The notes: a model not told the origin generated them from the sequence alone. Positions 30,400 through 48,915 are shown, counted from the stretch's first letter. The stretch is 64,000 nt of DNA from the human T2T-CHM13v2.0 reference genome, Homo sapiens (GCF_009914755.1 NC_060930.1), one strand, 5' to 3'. Made by a program: numbers and translations.

Positions 30400-30706
30400 C
30401 GCCTGGGCACAGTGGCTCACACCTGTAATCTCAGCACATTGGGAGGCTAAGGGAGGCAGACGGCTTGAGCTCAGGAGTTTGAGACCAGCCTGGGCAACAT
30501 GGTGAAATCCTGTCTCTACAAAAAATTCAAAAATTAGCCAGGCATGCTGGCACACATCTGTAGTCCCAGATACTCAGGAGGCAGAGGAGGATCACTTGAG
30601 CCCCAGAAGTTGAGGCTTCAGTGGGCCGAGATGATGCCACTGCCCTCAAGCCTGAGTGACAGAGTGAGATGCTGTCTCAAACAAACAAACAGACAGACAA
30701 ACAAAC
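30400..30706 (+). mobile_element. AluJ
   Basis: Diverged full Alu with gcttgagctcagg and a (CAAA/CAGA)n tail. Confidence 0.93.
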
Positions 30707-30849
30707 TGGAGACATTACTGATTTGAAAGAATCCAGTGACATCAAGTTGAAAGCAAGAACAGGAAATATTGACTTGTGGAGTTGAAGGTGAAGGTCAATA
30801 TTTCTGGGAAACCAAGACAGGAACACAGAGAGAAGTAGTCACAGTCTAA

Positions 30850-33060
<2,211 letters not shown>

Positions 33061-33402
33061 CATTTATGCAAGTGTATTGCCTATTCAAAAATTAATATGA
33101 AGTTTTGTTTTTAAAGAAATGAGGTCAATTACCTTACACAGCTGACAAATAGTTGTTAAGGTGATTTCAAAGAGACATTCGTCAAAATATTCTAAGCTTT
33201 ATTTGAATAGATATGTGTTCTCTCAAGAGTACCACCTTGAAGGAGAATAGTCTTTTGGGTGTATAAATTTGGTTAGTTTGCTAGAAAACCAGACTTAGTC
33301 CTATATAGGTCACACACTACCTATACAAAAACCCACAAAAGTTATTGAAAAAACAAAATTAATACTCTAGCAACAGACTTGCCACCAGAGCTGATATTCT
33401 TT

Positions 33403-34086
33403 TTTGTTTTATTTTGTTTTTGTTTTCCTTTTTTTAAATTTTATTATTATTATTATACTTTAAGTTTTAGGGTACATGTGCACAATGTGCAGGTTAGTTA
33501 CATATGTATACATGTGCCATGCTGGTGTGCTGCACCCATTAAGTCGTCATTTAGCATTAGGTATATCTCCTAAATCTATCCCTCCTCCATCCCCCCACCC
33601 CACAACAGTCCCCAGAGTGTGATGTTCCCCTTCCTGTGTCCATGTGTTCTCATTGTTCAGTTCCCACCTATGAGTGAGAATATGCGGTGTTTGGTTTTTT
33701 GTTCTTGTGATAGTTTACTGAGAATGATGATTTCCAATTTCATCCATGTCCCTACAAAGGACATGAACTCATCATTTTTTATGGCTGCATAGTATTCCAT
33801 GGTGTATATGTGCCACATTTTCTTAATCCAGTCTATCATTGTTGGACATTTGGGTTGGTTCCAAGTCTTTGCTATTGTGAATAGTGCCACAATAAACATA
33901 CGTGTGCATGTGTCTTTATAGCAGCATGATTTATAGTCCTCTGGGTATATACCCAGTAATGGGATGGCTGGGTCAAATGGTATTTCTAGTTCTAGATCCC
34001 TGAGGAATCGCCACACTGTCTTCCACAATGGTTGAACTAGTTTACAGTCCCACCAACAGTGTAAAAGTGTTCCTATTTCTCCACAT
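33403..34086 (-). mobile_element. 5'-truncated L1PA3-like (~0.68 kb)
   Basis: ORF2 C-terminus (ORF 33657-34028: CTRMFIVALFTIAKTWNQPKCP) plus 3'UTR; 17-bp TSD cagagctgatattcttt (33386-402, 34087-103). Confidence 0.95.
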
Positions 34087-34169
34087 CAGAGCTGATATTC
34101 TTTACCTTTCTCTCAGGGAAGGCAAATAAATTGTTACATTTGTTGTTGCTTTTGTTGAATTGCTCAAAT

Positions 34170-34400
34170 CTTCAACAAGTACTGATCAAGCACTCAATAT
34201 TTGCCAGGCACCATATAGAGCAATAGAGCACAAAAGAAAACACAGTCCTTGCTCTCATGGAGGTTACATTCTAGTGGGGTGAGTGGGAGGGATAAACAAA
34301 ACAAAAATCTAATATGTCAGGTGAGAAATGACATATGACAAAATAACACAGGCCAGGTAGCTAGAAATATTGATGGGGAGGACCAAATCAAGGAAGAATA
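34170..34400 (-). mobile_element. L2 3' fragment
   Basis: cacagtccttgctctcatggaggttacattctagtgggg. Confidence 0.7.
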
Positions 34401-35388
34401 TTTCCCAACACAAGGAAATATTACTTTGTTGGAATCTTTAAAATTTAGGGTTAATTTTAGTTGTCTTTGGATGAAGTCACCATTTAACCAAACTTTCTAG
34501 ACTTTTTCATGTGGAAGCACAAAAGAGTAACAGCCCTTGAAAAGCAAAAATTCAAGCATTTTTAATGGCAGTTGCCAAAGAGGAGTTTCTAGATCAGCAG
34601 CAGCATAAAAAAATGGAGGAAGCCAAGAGTCAGTTTAAAAGTCAGCAAATGTCCAACAGCTTAGTCTCTGAGGCCTATTGTTGATATGAGGAAGCTTATA
34701 ACAAAAATAAAATAAAACATGCCCACTTCTCAGAAAGGTATTAAATATTGCTAACATTCCTTGAAAGTCTCCTCAAAGAAGCCCCTCTAAATTGGTTATC
34801 CAAATAAGTTTCTTTCTTTTGATTGGTAATGGTAAAAATAAGGCAGTACATATAAAGATGAGAACTTTGCACAGTAGGGTACAGCACTGTACCTTATTAA
34901 ACACAATCAGTACAAGTCTTTCATCAGATAAAGATGGATCTAAACATCTCTATTGTAGAAAATCTCTCCAGGCAATCTGAATTCACCAGCTCAGCTAAGA
35001 ACTATAAATTTGATAACTGTTTACCTCGTATCTTATGGTAGCATGAGGCTTGATTCATTGCAAGGAGACTGGGATTATGCTGTATGCACCAGCTAATAGA
35101 GCCATTATTTGGGAGGAGAAGTAACTTGAGGTAAGACTTGATGAAAAGGTAACAAAGTATCGGAGTTTGACTTTTATAATTACTTGGAAAAAATTATTGA
35201 TAATCAAAAATCATAATTATCTGTAATTGTTTACTTGATATGGTATACTTTTTCCTTTGTTTCTGTCAAACCTTTTGAAAAATTACAATCTTGCCTTGTA
35301 CCTTGATCAGTCCAGGATACCATATGCCCTATTTTGCAAAAGTCCAGTGCCAAAAGACACAGTCAGGGATGGCCAGGAGAATGTATGT

Positions 35389-37997
<2,609 letters not shown>

Positions 37998-39719
37998 TAT
38001 GTGTATGTACGTGTGTGACAAAAATAGAGGCTGGATCAGTGACTGGTTCATTCATTTACTCTGACTCAGTGCCTTATATTCTTCTGCTCTATGTTTGTTT
38101 TAACCCTGGCAAGAACAACATGTTTCATAAAGGGGACTAAATTGCAAGGAAGGGCCAGCTGGGAATCTGGGAGTTTCCTGCACCATATGAAAACACACTG
38201 CCAACATGCCACAGGTGTACATCACAGCAGCACGAAGGACAACATGGCATTGCAAAGGGTGTGGGAGGGAAAAAACAGAGACACAGTGGTTACATTTGAG
38301 GAAAGAAAAACACGCCTGGAAGACGACTGTGAATTATCTGAAACCTAAAATCTTTGCTTTGAAAAGTTTTGACACAGTGTATTGGTGAAAGTTACTGGTG
38401 TGTACCATTGAACAACAGAAGCAGATCACTGGTACTCTAATGCTCTACATAGTTCTTTAAAGTTCTGGGCAGCTTATCCTGAATGGATGAGTGGCAGATA
38501 CACCATCTCATTTTAACCACAGAAACCTCTGTCACAGTAACATAAAAGGACAATGAAAAGGGCTATGAAACCAAAGTGCCCTCATGACTTTGATGTGGGC
38601 AGGGTTCATTGGTGCCTGTGAGTACCAACTTCATGGTACATTTTACCACCTGTGGCCATCAGTGGCTGCTGATTCTTATCTGTCCACATTGATTCAATTG
38701 CAGGTACAAGGTTTGAAGGTCCAGCTGAAAATGTGTATGCTGTGCCCGAACCCTACCCCAAAACCATCCCAAAATAAATAATTCAGGGAGAAGTTTGAAT
38801 GCTTGTACTTCACATAGCCTAATATATTCAACTCAAGCTATAAATCTGCCTGATGTTTTATTGCCACACAGAATAGAACTCCTTGCCTTCAGATGTCAGC
38901 CCCATAGGACCACTGGCTGACGTGTTTCCAGATTCATATGGCGTCAATATAATGCCCTAGTACAGCTGTCTAGCATCATCAGCTGAAGCTACTATGGCAC
39001 TGTTGAGGTATTCTTCCTGCCCTAGGTCAAAAGAAAGTTCAGGGACTATTTAGTTCTGTCACATAAACTAGAAGTCAGAAAAACTCAGTGGGTTGACGTT
39101 ACGATTCAACCCAAAATCTATAATTTGAAATAAAGCTTATTAGAATCACAGTTTTGGTCAAAGTCAACGTCTTGCTAACTAATTTATTCCTATTCTATAA
39201 TAGTTCCTCATAGACATTTATGCACAATGAGTCTCTCTAAAGACTTCTCTTCCATAAGCAATATGAATAGAGAAAAGGAGTGAGGAGAGATGGTTCGAAC
39301 TAAAACGGATAACGAGACTGAGCCCCAGTTAGGGTTCATGTCTTGGGTCACTCAGATATGTAGTGGCTACTCTGAGCCTAGATGCTGAGTCACCTCTCTC
39401 TGCAGAATGATCTCCCTCCATGTTTCTATTATTAAATAGTTTCTTTTCATAAATATACTCTCCTTATCTCTTGTTTAGTGCAAAGTAGTTTTTTAAAATA
39501 GGAAAGATATCATATTTTTAGAAACCAAAATCAAAACAAACTCTAAAGATGAATTTTGGTCTAAGGATTTTATGAATTAATTTATTTATAAAGTTGGACG
39601 AAGCTATAATTTATATATAAATTATATACAGCTATATATTTTACAATTCTTCTGTACTCTAAAGGATAAAATTTTTCAAAAAAGACCTTGCTAAAAATAG
39701 TACACCATACAGAAAAGAG

Positions 39720-39938
39720 TGGGATTGGGAATGGGACTTATTTAGTTCAAATCTTGGCTCCAATGGTGAATAGCCATGTGACCATGAGCAAGGTAATTGA
39801 TACCCCTGAGCCTGGGCATCTTCATCTGTAGAATGTGGATAATAAACTGTCTTACTGGGTCACTGTGAATACTGAATGTAACACATATAAGCAAATCTCC
39901 CCAGGCTGGTGTCTGGCATAGAAGCACTCAACAAATAT
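39720..39938 (+). mobile_element. MIR
   Basis: gttcaaatcttggctcc...tgtgacc...ctgagcct...cttcatctgtagaatg core. Confidence 0.8.
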
Positions 39939-39971
39939 CTTTCTTTCTTTCTTCTACTTCTCTTTTCTCTC

Positions 39972-40023
39972 TTTGCCATTACTTTCAATGGCAAAAACCA
40001 CAATTACTTTTGCACCAACCTAA
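39972..40023. mobile_element. MADE1 (Hsmar1-derived MITE), one TIR missing
   Basis: tttgccattactttcaatggcaaaaaccacaattacttttgcaccaacctaa followed by TA. Confidence 0.9.
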
Positions 40024-43000
40024 TATATAGACCGATCAATCCTTTCACAAGTTTTCCCAAGGCACCAGTTGTTGGGATATGTTTAAATCATTGCCTTAGG
40101 AAAACCAACATGACCCGAAGGTCTCCTGGACCTCCAGGTATCTATAGGCACTCTAATACTCCAGTCAATCAAGAGGAATCACATTCATTTCTTCCATGAA
40201 TCTTTCCTTAATTACAGCAGCCCCCATTAGCCAGCCCCCTGTTCTGTTGGTGACCCACAACACCTAAATCTTGGACCTCACAGCATAGCACTTCACTATG
40301 CTCTCTGGTATTTTGAGTGATTAGTGTTGGCTTCCAAACAAAACTGAAATTTCTTAATGTCAAGGAATAACTTCTTATTTCAGCCTTGAGGATAAATAGA
40401 TATTGATGGGTTAATCTGCCTAAGAAGAATCATATTTAGTCCTGGACTAACAATCATTTCAAGAACCCCAGTACCAACAAAAACAATAATGTAGAGTATT
40501 ACCACAAACCCTGAAAACTAACAAATTTTATTTGTAACCTCGAAAAATTAAATACATTCTTGAGTTAAACACAATTTAATTAAATATAATTTTTTGAAGG
40601 CTTAAGTTAAATGCAATTCTTGAAAAGCTTTTCAGAGAATATATTTGAAAGTAAAGTGCATGTTAATTTTCCTAAGGTTTATAAAAATTAAATGAATATT
40701 TTACATGTTTTTATATGAGAAACAGTAAAAATGTATCTTTTCTGGGAATTAAAGCTCTTAGGGGACCTATGTATGTCTGATTTATTCCAAGACTACATAC
40801 AGGGTAAATTTTAATAACGGTGTGATATAGTGTATTTTCTCTATATTTTAACTTTTCTGAAGTGAAAACATTGAGTTTCTGGCCAAAATAGTTTGAATAT
40901 AAAGATAATTTAGTAAAAGTATAACAATTCTAGACTTTCTATATTCATACATATTGTCATAGGCAGAGATAGTTGTGTAATTTTGCATTACGGATCTTTT
41001 TTTTCTGGTTTAAGGGCAATATGCCATGTGTGTGGGGAGGGGTCAGGGGAGGGAAACTACTTCCCTACAGAAAAGTAGTATAAGTCATCAAAAACAGAAG
41101 TTTATTTGTGAGGGTTGTGGTTGGAAAATTGGTCACTATTCACTTTTTGAGATTTTCGAAAAGTCCCTTCTTTACTCCTTATTTCCACAAAGGATAAAAA
41201 ATCATGTGAATTGGAATGTACACGACATCACTATATTTTTCCAGCTAGCAAATATTCACCTGATTAGACATCACTGACTCCTGAAATATACATGTATATG
41301 TATGTACACACAGACACACATACAAACATGTATTTGGTTCATATACATATGTATGTTTCCATTGGCATTTTCCCCTGTAACATACTTTAATGTTTTGTTC
41401 AGTTATTTTTCATTACTTAGATGGACGTCATTTACTGATTTTCTTGGTGATATTGTTGTTTAATATGCATAGGAACAAAAAAATGTAGTCAAGATCTGCT
41501 TCTTGAAGTTATACAAGCAAAACTGGGGTATTTCTAATTGATTCAAATTGCACCGGGAAGAAGTGATAGATTGGAAATGACCTCAGGGAGCATCCCCAGC
41601 GCCAGATTAGACAGTCATAGGCAAATGGGTGGCCTTTGTTAGGAACCATATGCTTAATTAGGTGGGGTAGTTTGGGCTCGGTGCGTGGGCACAAATGAGG
41701 GGATAAAAAGTCAATCAGCATGTGTGGCTCCAGGTACTACATGCACTTGACCTAATTAGAAAGGCCCAGTTTGGAGACCCTCATGGAGTTTCCATCCCAC
41801 TGTCTGGGAATTAGTGTCCCGGGGCTCCCTTCTTCAAGCTTGTCAGAGCATCCAAGGAAAACTTACCACCCTCACACAAAAGAACTATTGATGGGGGCCA
41901 TGAGTCAACTGGAAAACATACATGGAACTTTCTCAACTTGTTTCTTTCCATTGCTGCAAAACAGAATGGCTTTTAATTTGGATTTCCACTCAACAAAAGA
42001 ACGGCATCACATTGACAAGCATTTACAAGTGTGCCTTAAGGCAGGGAGGAGACCAGTTCATTAGGAACTAAATTTCTAGTAAACACCTCAATAGGCAGAT
42101 CCAGTGCACAAAATTCAGACTGAGTTATTTCATGCCTATTTTATGCTTAGATGAACTCTTGAGATGCTCAAGATCACGAAAGTCTCATGGGGAAGATGGG
42201 GTGCAGAGGATAGAGTGGTCCCAGCTCTACTTTGAGTGGGGGATCTCCTTCAGCCACTTCCTTGGGCATGCAAAGATGATTGCTCAACAGAAACTAATCT
42301 TATACTGAATGTCACACGTAACATGTGCTTGTATCTTAGTAAGTCAGTATAGTTGAATCAAAGAACTACATATAAACAATAGAAAAAAAAATGCCCCTGG
42401 CAGATGGCAAAGGGAAATTCTGTTTCCAGTTTATTCCTTAATTGAGCTCTGTGTAAAGTACATGAAGAGATTCTGAAACTCTTTTTTTTTTTTCTCTGTC
42501 TCCAGCTAATGCTGTTTTCCAGTCTTTGAGCTGCCAATGTACGATGAGAAATCCACTCATTGACATGACAGAAAAGACAGTTGTACAGCAGAAATGGTAT
42601 GGTCTGTTGCAATAAATTACAGGTTTCCTTTTCATGTTCAGCACAAGAGGCGGCCCTCATGCAATTAGCTACAGCTGGTTAAAGAAAAAAACCATGCATC
42701 TGCAGACGGATCAGACTGGGAATCAACTCTTATTTTCTGGCACATGTCACTATAAGAACAGAAAAAGAGACCTGATTTTTGTTCCTGAGCATAATCCATT
42801 TAAAAAACTTGTACTTCCCCTTTCTGAATCACCAAGATAGTGTACCATTTGGGGAAATACATCTAGTCATGTTTTTTTCCTTAAGGTCACTGGCTATGAC
42901 AAAAAGCTGAGTACCTTTCACTTGATTCTTGTCTTCTTGGGCTTCACAAAACCTTTCTTCCGAGTACCTTAGTTTAATGCCTACTCTTAATTACACAATT

Positions 43001-45109
43001 CCCACTGTGTGCTATTCTCTGACTTGTAGTTTATATGGGTATGCTAAAGTCTTGGAAAGATGATTTGATATATTTTGTGTCTTTCTGCTGCTGTTCAACG
43101 ATAATTTTCATGATACAATTTCTAGTTTATTTCAGAAAGATGAAACATGCAGAACTCTCAAGAACCATTCTAATTCCACATGTATGGGGCACTGAGTCAT
43201 AAATATATTAATAATATATGCATGTCACTCTAGTATATAAAAGATGTACAAATATGTCAATCCCTGTACCAAATGCATAGTTTGTGCTCCCAGAGGCAAC
43301 CTCACAAAATACTGGTTAACATCAGATCGAGGAAGTTATACATACAAGTCATTATAATGTATACACATGCAAATAATCCACTTCTTCACACTCTGTATAA
43401 CACTCTAGTCATTTTTATTCTGCAAAGGAAGTCAGCCCTAGGAAGTCTGGGACTTCCAGACCTATGATTTTGCTATAACATAATTTTTTAATCATTTCAG
43501 TAGTTAAAAGCACCTGTTTTCTTACCGGTCTTAGTCAAGGAAAGCCATTTTGTAAATGAATGAGGGTAAAAATCAAGAAATTGAGGCAAAAGTTTAAGAG
43601 TAAAATTGTCCGCACTCATCTTGTGGAACTATTGAGGGGCCCTATGGAGTTATTAATAATTCATTTAGACACATTCAAATCTCATGAAAGTAAGAAGAGG
43701 TTTTGCCTTGGTGTCTGTTTTTTTGTTTAACACAGAAGAGAGAAATTATAATGAAAATCATCTGTAATTACTGATTCCCCCCAAAATTGGCTGTGTTTGT
43801 TTTACAGAGAAGCAGAAAAGCTACTGATGTTTCAAAAGGCGGGAGGAGGGAAAAAATAACTCGACAGTTCAGCTGAAGATCACAAGGCATTTGTTGAGAT
43901 GTCTCCAGAGCATTTGTCTGAAGATTTATTTTTAAAGCTGTGCTTAAAAGTAAAAAGCCGCTTCCCAGTTTCCCTCCCGTGTGTCGCAACCAACCTTAAC
44001 TGTGCCATCAAAACAAAGAAAACAATGATTCCCATATTTTTGTTTCATTAGGTTTAAGAGAGACATACAGAAAGAACACCCTTTAAACAACGAAACAGCA
44101 AGTCAATGTTACATGTTTGGAAGAAAAGAAAGGAACCAGAGTGTGGGCCCAGACAACAAATTTCTATCATCTTAAAACCTGTAATTTGCTTGAGAATGTG
44201 CGGTTTCCTTGAACTGGACTTCCAGTCTCCTTGTGTAATGAGCAAGTTAAGTGTGAATGAAAACAGGTTAGGGGGCAGGGGAATGATGAGATCTGAAGGC
44301 AAATACTTGCAAAATTATGAGAGTAAACACTATCTTTTGAACATATTCAAATTAGTTCTTTTTCCCCCATTAGAAAAATTTTGCTCTTAAAAACAGGGCA
44401 GTCTAGAGAGCCCCCATGTAAGTGTCAAAAATTACATTCAACTGGTATGTATTTAGTAAAAATCATCTTCCGATAAAAGCAAACACACTGTGGAGTGAAA
44501 ATTAGGAAAATTAACCTGTAAATAATGATAAAGACCTATTGAGCATCACAGCTTTTGAAATTCGATTAATTATCCCTGGAGACGTTTCAAACTGAGGAGG
44601 ACAAAACACTAAAATATGTATTAATATTTTAAAAAGAGCATGGGTGAGATAAATGATCTTTCTTTTTATTTTGCAGTTTAAAATTAATAAATATTCTATA
44701 TTGGCCATTTTTGAACATCATTTAATCCAAGAAAGGTGACAAATTATAATATTATTAAATAAATGTTTCCTGACAGTCACACCAATCACAAAAAAAGGAA
44801 ACTGCCTGAATGCACAACATTTTTTATTTATACCTAGAGAAAAATAACACAGAGCTTCTTGGTGATATTATTTTAATTATTTTGGCAGTTTGTTGATAGT
44901 GCTTGAGGATCAGTTCAAAAAATACAGAAGAAAAATTTGCCCCCCATCTAAGCCCAGACCTTCAAACTACTTCTCAATAGGTGATGCAAACTGATGGTTT
45001 GATAAGATGATGATTTCCTTTTAATGAATCCCTGGAAGGATATCGAGTTGCAGGTGAGGATGGAAAAATTTATACCTTACCAAAGCCCCACTACAAGTCT
45101 TTCACGTAG

Positions 45110-46150
45110 GAGCATTAAATTCACTCATGCCACAAAATGTACTGAAGGCCTACTATTGCCAGGCATTCTGCTGGGCTATGGTAAACAAAGCAGACAAACA
45201 CACCTGCTCGCAGCAGAAAATAAACAATAAACATAACATATAAGTAAATCATATAGTATGTTACAGGGTGATAAGCGTTGTGACTAAAGGAAAACATAGG
45301 GCAGGATAAGGGAGGTCAGGAGGTTGAGTGTTGGAAGTGCATTTAAATGGGATGATCAGGAAAAGCCTCACTGAAAAGGTGACATTTGAGTACAGATCTG
45401 AAGGAGGTGTGGGAGTCAGGCATATGGATAATCCAGGGTTTCTCAACAGCGGTAATACTGACATCATGGGCCAGATGATTCTTTGCAGTGGGGACTGTCC
45501 AGGGCATTATAGGATGTTTAGCAGCATCCTTGGCCTCTATCCACTAGATGCCAGCAGCCCACCCCACCCACCCTACTTGTGGTACCAAAAACGTCTCCAG
45601 ACATTGTCAAAAGTTTCCTGGAGGAAAAGTAAATCACAGCTGAGAAACTGCTGCTTTGGCTGGAGGTAGGAGCTCACCTAGTAGGGTAAAGAAACAAAAG
45701 GAAGTCAAGGTGTGGCCAGAGTGGAGTAAAGGTGGTTGGGGAGTTGGAGCTGAGATCAGAGAGGTCACTGACTCGACTGATCTTGCAGTGCTTTATAGGC
45801 CATTATAGATCCCATATCTTTTACTCTGAATGACATGAGAAGTCACCGGAGAGTTTTGAAAGGAGGATACACTGAGTGGAATGAGTGGGGCAGGGGGAGA
45901 GGCAGGCAGATCAATTAGAAGGTTCCTACTACACCCAAAGCAAGGGATGATGGTGGCATCCACCAAGGCAGTGAAAGATGATCAGATGCCGGATATGCTT
46001 TTCATTTAATGAATGGGATTTCCTGTCATATGAGAAAAGGAAGCTTGAGAAAAAGAGGAGTTAAAGATCCCCACACAACTGGAAGCATAGAAGTACCATT
46101 AGTGAGCTGAGAATTGCAAGAGAGAATTCGGAGAGCAGATCAGGGAATTC
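45110..46150 (-). mobile_element. L2 fragment interrupted by MER20
   Basis: gatcaggaaaagcctcactgaaaaggtgacatttgag and ttttactctgaatgacatgagaagtcaccggagagttttga. Confidence 0.8.
45434..45653. mobile_element. MER20 (hAT-Charlie)
   Basis: cagggtttctcaac...aggatgtttagcagcatccttggcctctatccactagatgccag...tgagaaactgctg. Confidence 0.9.
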
Positions 46151-46619
46151 GTTTTCAATCATTCCTTGGCAAGTAAGAGACAGGAGAAAATGTATTTTTG
46201 TGTACATCATTACGTTTTAAATCAAAGCAGTGGCAAAATTTTTCACATGTGAATGTAATGTTGGGTAAGAAAATAGAGAAAAAACTTTATCTTTATGTAG
46301 AATCTGTGTAAATGCTTCTCTTGGTGCTAAAGGACAGAGATTTCATAATGAATGTTTATTCCTAATACAAGAATCTCAACGTAGACATGCTACGTGTGCA
46401 TCTGCCCTATGAACATATGTCTTGGTTTGGGTTTGTATCAAGGGATGTCTCAATAATATTACAAGTTATTTTTGTTTTCTAAAGAGAATCTTAATTGTTC
46501 TAAAATAATGACTATTTCCAGTGGAGATGCTGACTACTAGAAGTAGATTCTTTCAGGGCTTTGTTCTTACTTCTCTCACATCAGTGGCCATGTGGTATCA
46601 CCGTGTGTCTGGGGTCTTC

Positions 46620-47420
46620 CATGTCATTCCCACAGAACCCAGGTGTTCAAAGACATGGGTCAGAGTTTATTCACCTTTGTATCCCCAAAGCCTATCACAT
46701 AGTAGACACAAAATATCAAATATTTGAAGGAGTAAATAAAAGAATGATTACAAAGAAGCTCAACACTGTGATATATACATTTACAACATTAGACACACAA
46801 ACCAGTCCCAGAAAGGCAGAAACCATATCTCGTCTCCTTCTCTTCTCCTTTCCCTTTCCTTCCCTTTCCCACTCCTCCTGCCTAGTCAGATGGAATATGG
46901 AAGACTTGGAAATCAATCAGCCCTGAGTTGGAATTTCAGCTCTCCCACTGGCTACTTGTATGAATTTAGACAAATTATCAAGTGACAAGTCTGTGCTAGA
47001 TTACTTGATAGGCAGACTAGCTCTTGTTTTGACCTCCAGTAGAGCAACAGCTGGGTGTCTAGGATTTTATAGTCAGAAAATCTTTAAATCCAAAAGTAGT
47101 TCTTTTAATTCTCACATGCATGTATTCCATTTTAGCATTACTTACCCAATCTGGAGGGTGGCAGGGCCTCTAAATATCTTAATATTGCCCTCTGGTTGAC
47201 ACTGTTTAGATCCCTAGGACACAGTGAGTAGGACAGACCTGGCCTTGCCTGCATGGAGCTTTCTGCCCAACAAGGAAGGTAGACTTTAAACAAATAATTA
47301 CACAGATATTTATTTCTGGTTGAGGTAAGTGCTGGAAAGGAAATGAATGGCAGGAATTCAGCCAAATTTAGGGGGAGGGGTGGGCAGAGGGTTTTCCGTG
47401 AATGGTGAATTGCAGTTAGG
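46620..47420. mobile_element. Cluster of short L2 (+ ~46620-46745; - ~47190-47420) and MIR (~46880-46990) fragments
   Basis: ttcacctttgtatccccaaagcctatcaca; gagttggaatttcagctctcccact; gccttgcctgcatggagctt. Confidence 0.6.
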
Positions 47421-47631
47421 GGTGGTATGCATAGTTAAGGAGGGAAGAAGCTAGAGGACATAGGACTTGGGGAAGAAGAGTGCTCCAAACTGAAGGAGCT
47501 TAAGAACCCAGTAAGGGCCTGGGCTTCTATATGTCTTTATGAATGAAATCAACATAATAATACTCATTGTAGTTCCTCAGATTATGTTGGCTGGATGAAT
47601 GAGTTCTCAGAACCCCTTGTCAGCTACACAT

Positions 47632-47633
<2 letters not shown>

Positions 47634-47672
<39 letters not shown>
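47634..47672 (+). repeat. (CA)n microsatellite
   Basis: Directly visible. Confidence 0.95.
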
Positions 47673-48754
47673 TACCCCTAAAATTCCAAAGTCAACCACC
47701 TGGCAAGCCCCTGTTCCCAAGGAACTTAGGCTTCTGGCTGGCTCGTATTCAAATGGCCACTTTGTTTTTCATCCAAGTTCTTCTGAATTGCTCTTCAAAC
47801 CACAAAGGCACTTGACAGTTATTTGTGTTGTAAATAAGATCGCATCATTCACCTGCAGCAGGCTGTAGCTGATCTACCTTTCCTCAAGGATGCTGTATCT
47901 AAATGACTAATGAGGTCATTGGGTGGTTATGGCTACTGTTGTCTATATGAAATTACAGCTAAACCTTGTAATCATGGCATCTGCTTTTGCTTTGCTTTTA
48001 ATGAAGCCTATAGACTAGGGGTCTTTTTCAACGCTTCACAGTTTTTCTCTTTAGTTCAGAGGAAACTAAATGAAAGGAGCACTTCTTTTTTATTTAAGAA
48101 TGATTAGAGATTAAGTGAGCTCAACTAAATGAGGAAAATAAAACATGAAGACCTACTCCAGCAGTCACCTCTTCATGAAAGCCCCTGCGGATCATGTATT
48201 TATGTTAACTCTGTCATGAAACATGATCTTTATTGCAACTTGCCAAATAAGTTTCAGCTCAGGGGCAAGTCTACTTTCCCCCTAGACTACATTTGCAAAC
48301 TGACCCCTTTCTAAAACCATTAAAATATTCAGGAGAACCCAACTGGCCACTTGCATCCTAGGCCATTCTTCTATTGCAGTCACTTCAGGACCATTAAGAA
48401 AAGAGGGGGAAAAATCTGGCAAAAAAATGTTCCCAACTCATCATAAGTTCCTCTCATCACTTCTGTAATTTTGAAAATTAAATTGCCAAGATATTTAGAA
48501 GTTTTTGAATTGTTTGAATTCTTACAAGTTTCATACATTCTATACACGTCGTCAGAAAGACTTCAGACATCCCCATCACTATGGATAACCAACTAATTGT
48601 GCACATTTGCAAGCTGTCAGCTTTTCTACATTTCTCTCTAAAACTTTTCAAATCTAGTTTAATCACCCAGACAGCAAGGGGGAAGAAAGTAGCATTTTAT
48701 ATTGAAGAACAAACTAAAATTAAATAGCAAATCTGGAAAATGCAACCACAGCAT

Positions 48755-48915
48755 GTTGTTTATTCAATCCATATCCATGTTGGGTGTGAACAATGTACAT
48801 GCTACTCCAGAGGAATACAAAACAATTAAACATATTATTCCTACTTCCAAGGGCTTATGATCTAACTGAAGAGATATGTACAAAGATGTTACATTGCATA
48901 ATGACACAATTTTCT
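48755..48915 (-). mobile_element. Decayed L2 3' end
   Basis: Minus strand gttagatcataagcccttggaagtagg...ttgtattcctc...gaataaac resembles the L2 terminus. Confidence 0.55.

Noticed and set aside
44180-44240. Minus-strand VQGNRTFSSKL resembling LEGEPTLRSLL of TEX15
   Set aside because: Too short, with no flanking collinear motifs
48830-48915. Peptide IVSLCNVTSLYISLQLDHKP as a continuation of the TEX15-like segment
   Set aside because: The DNA is better explained as a decayed L2 3' end. This shows such matches can arise by chance, so I excluded it from the evidence.
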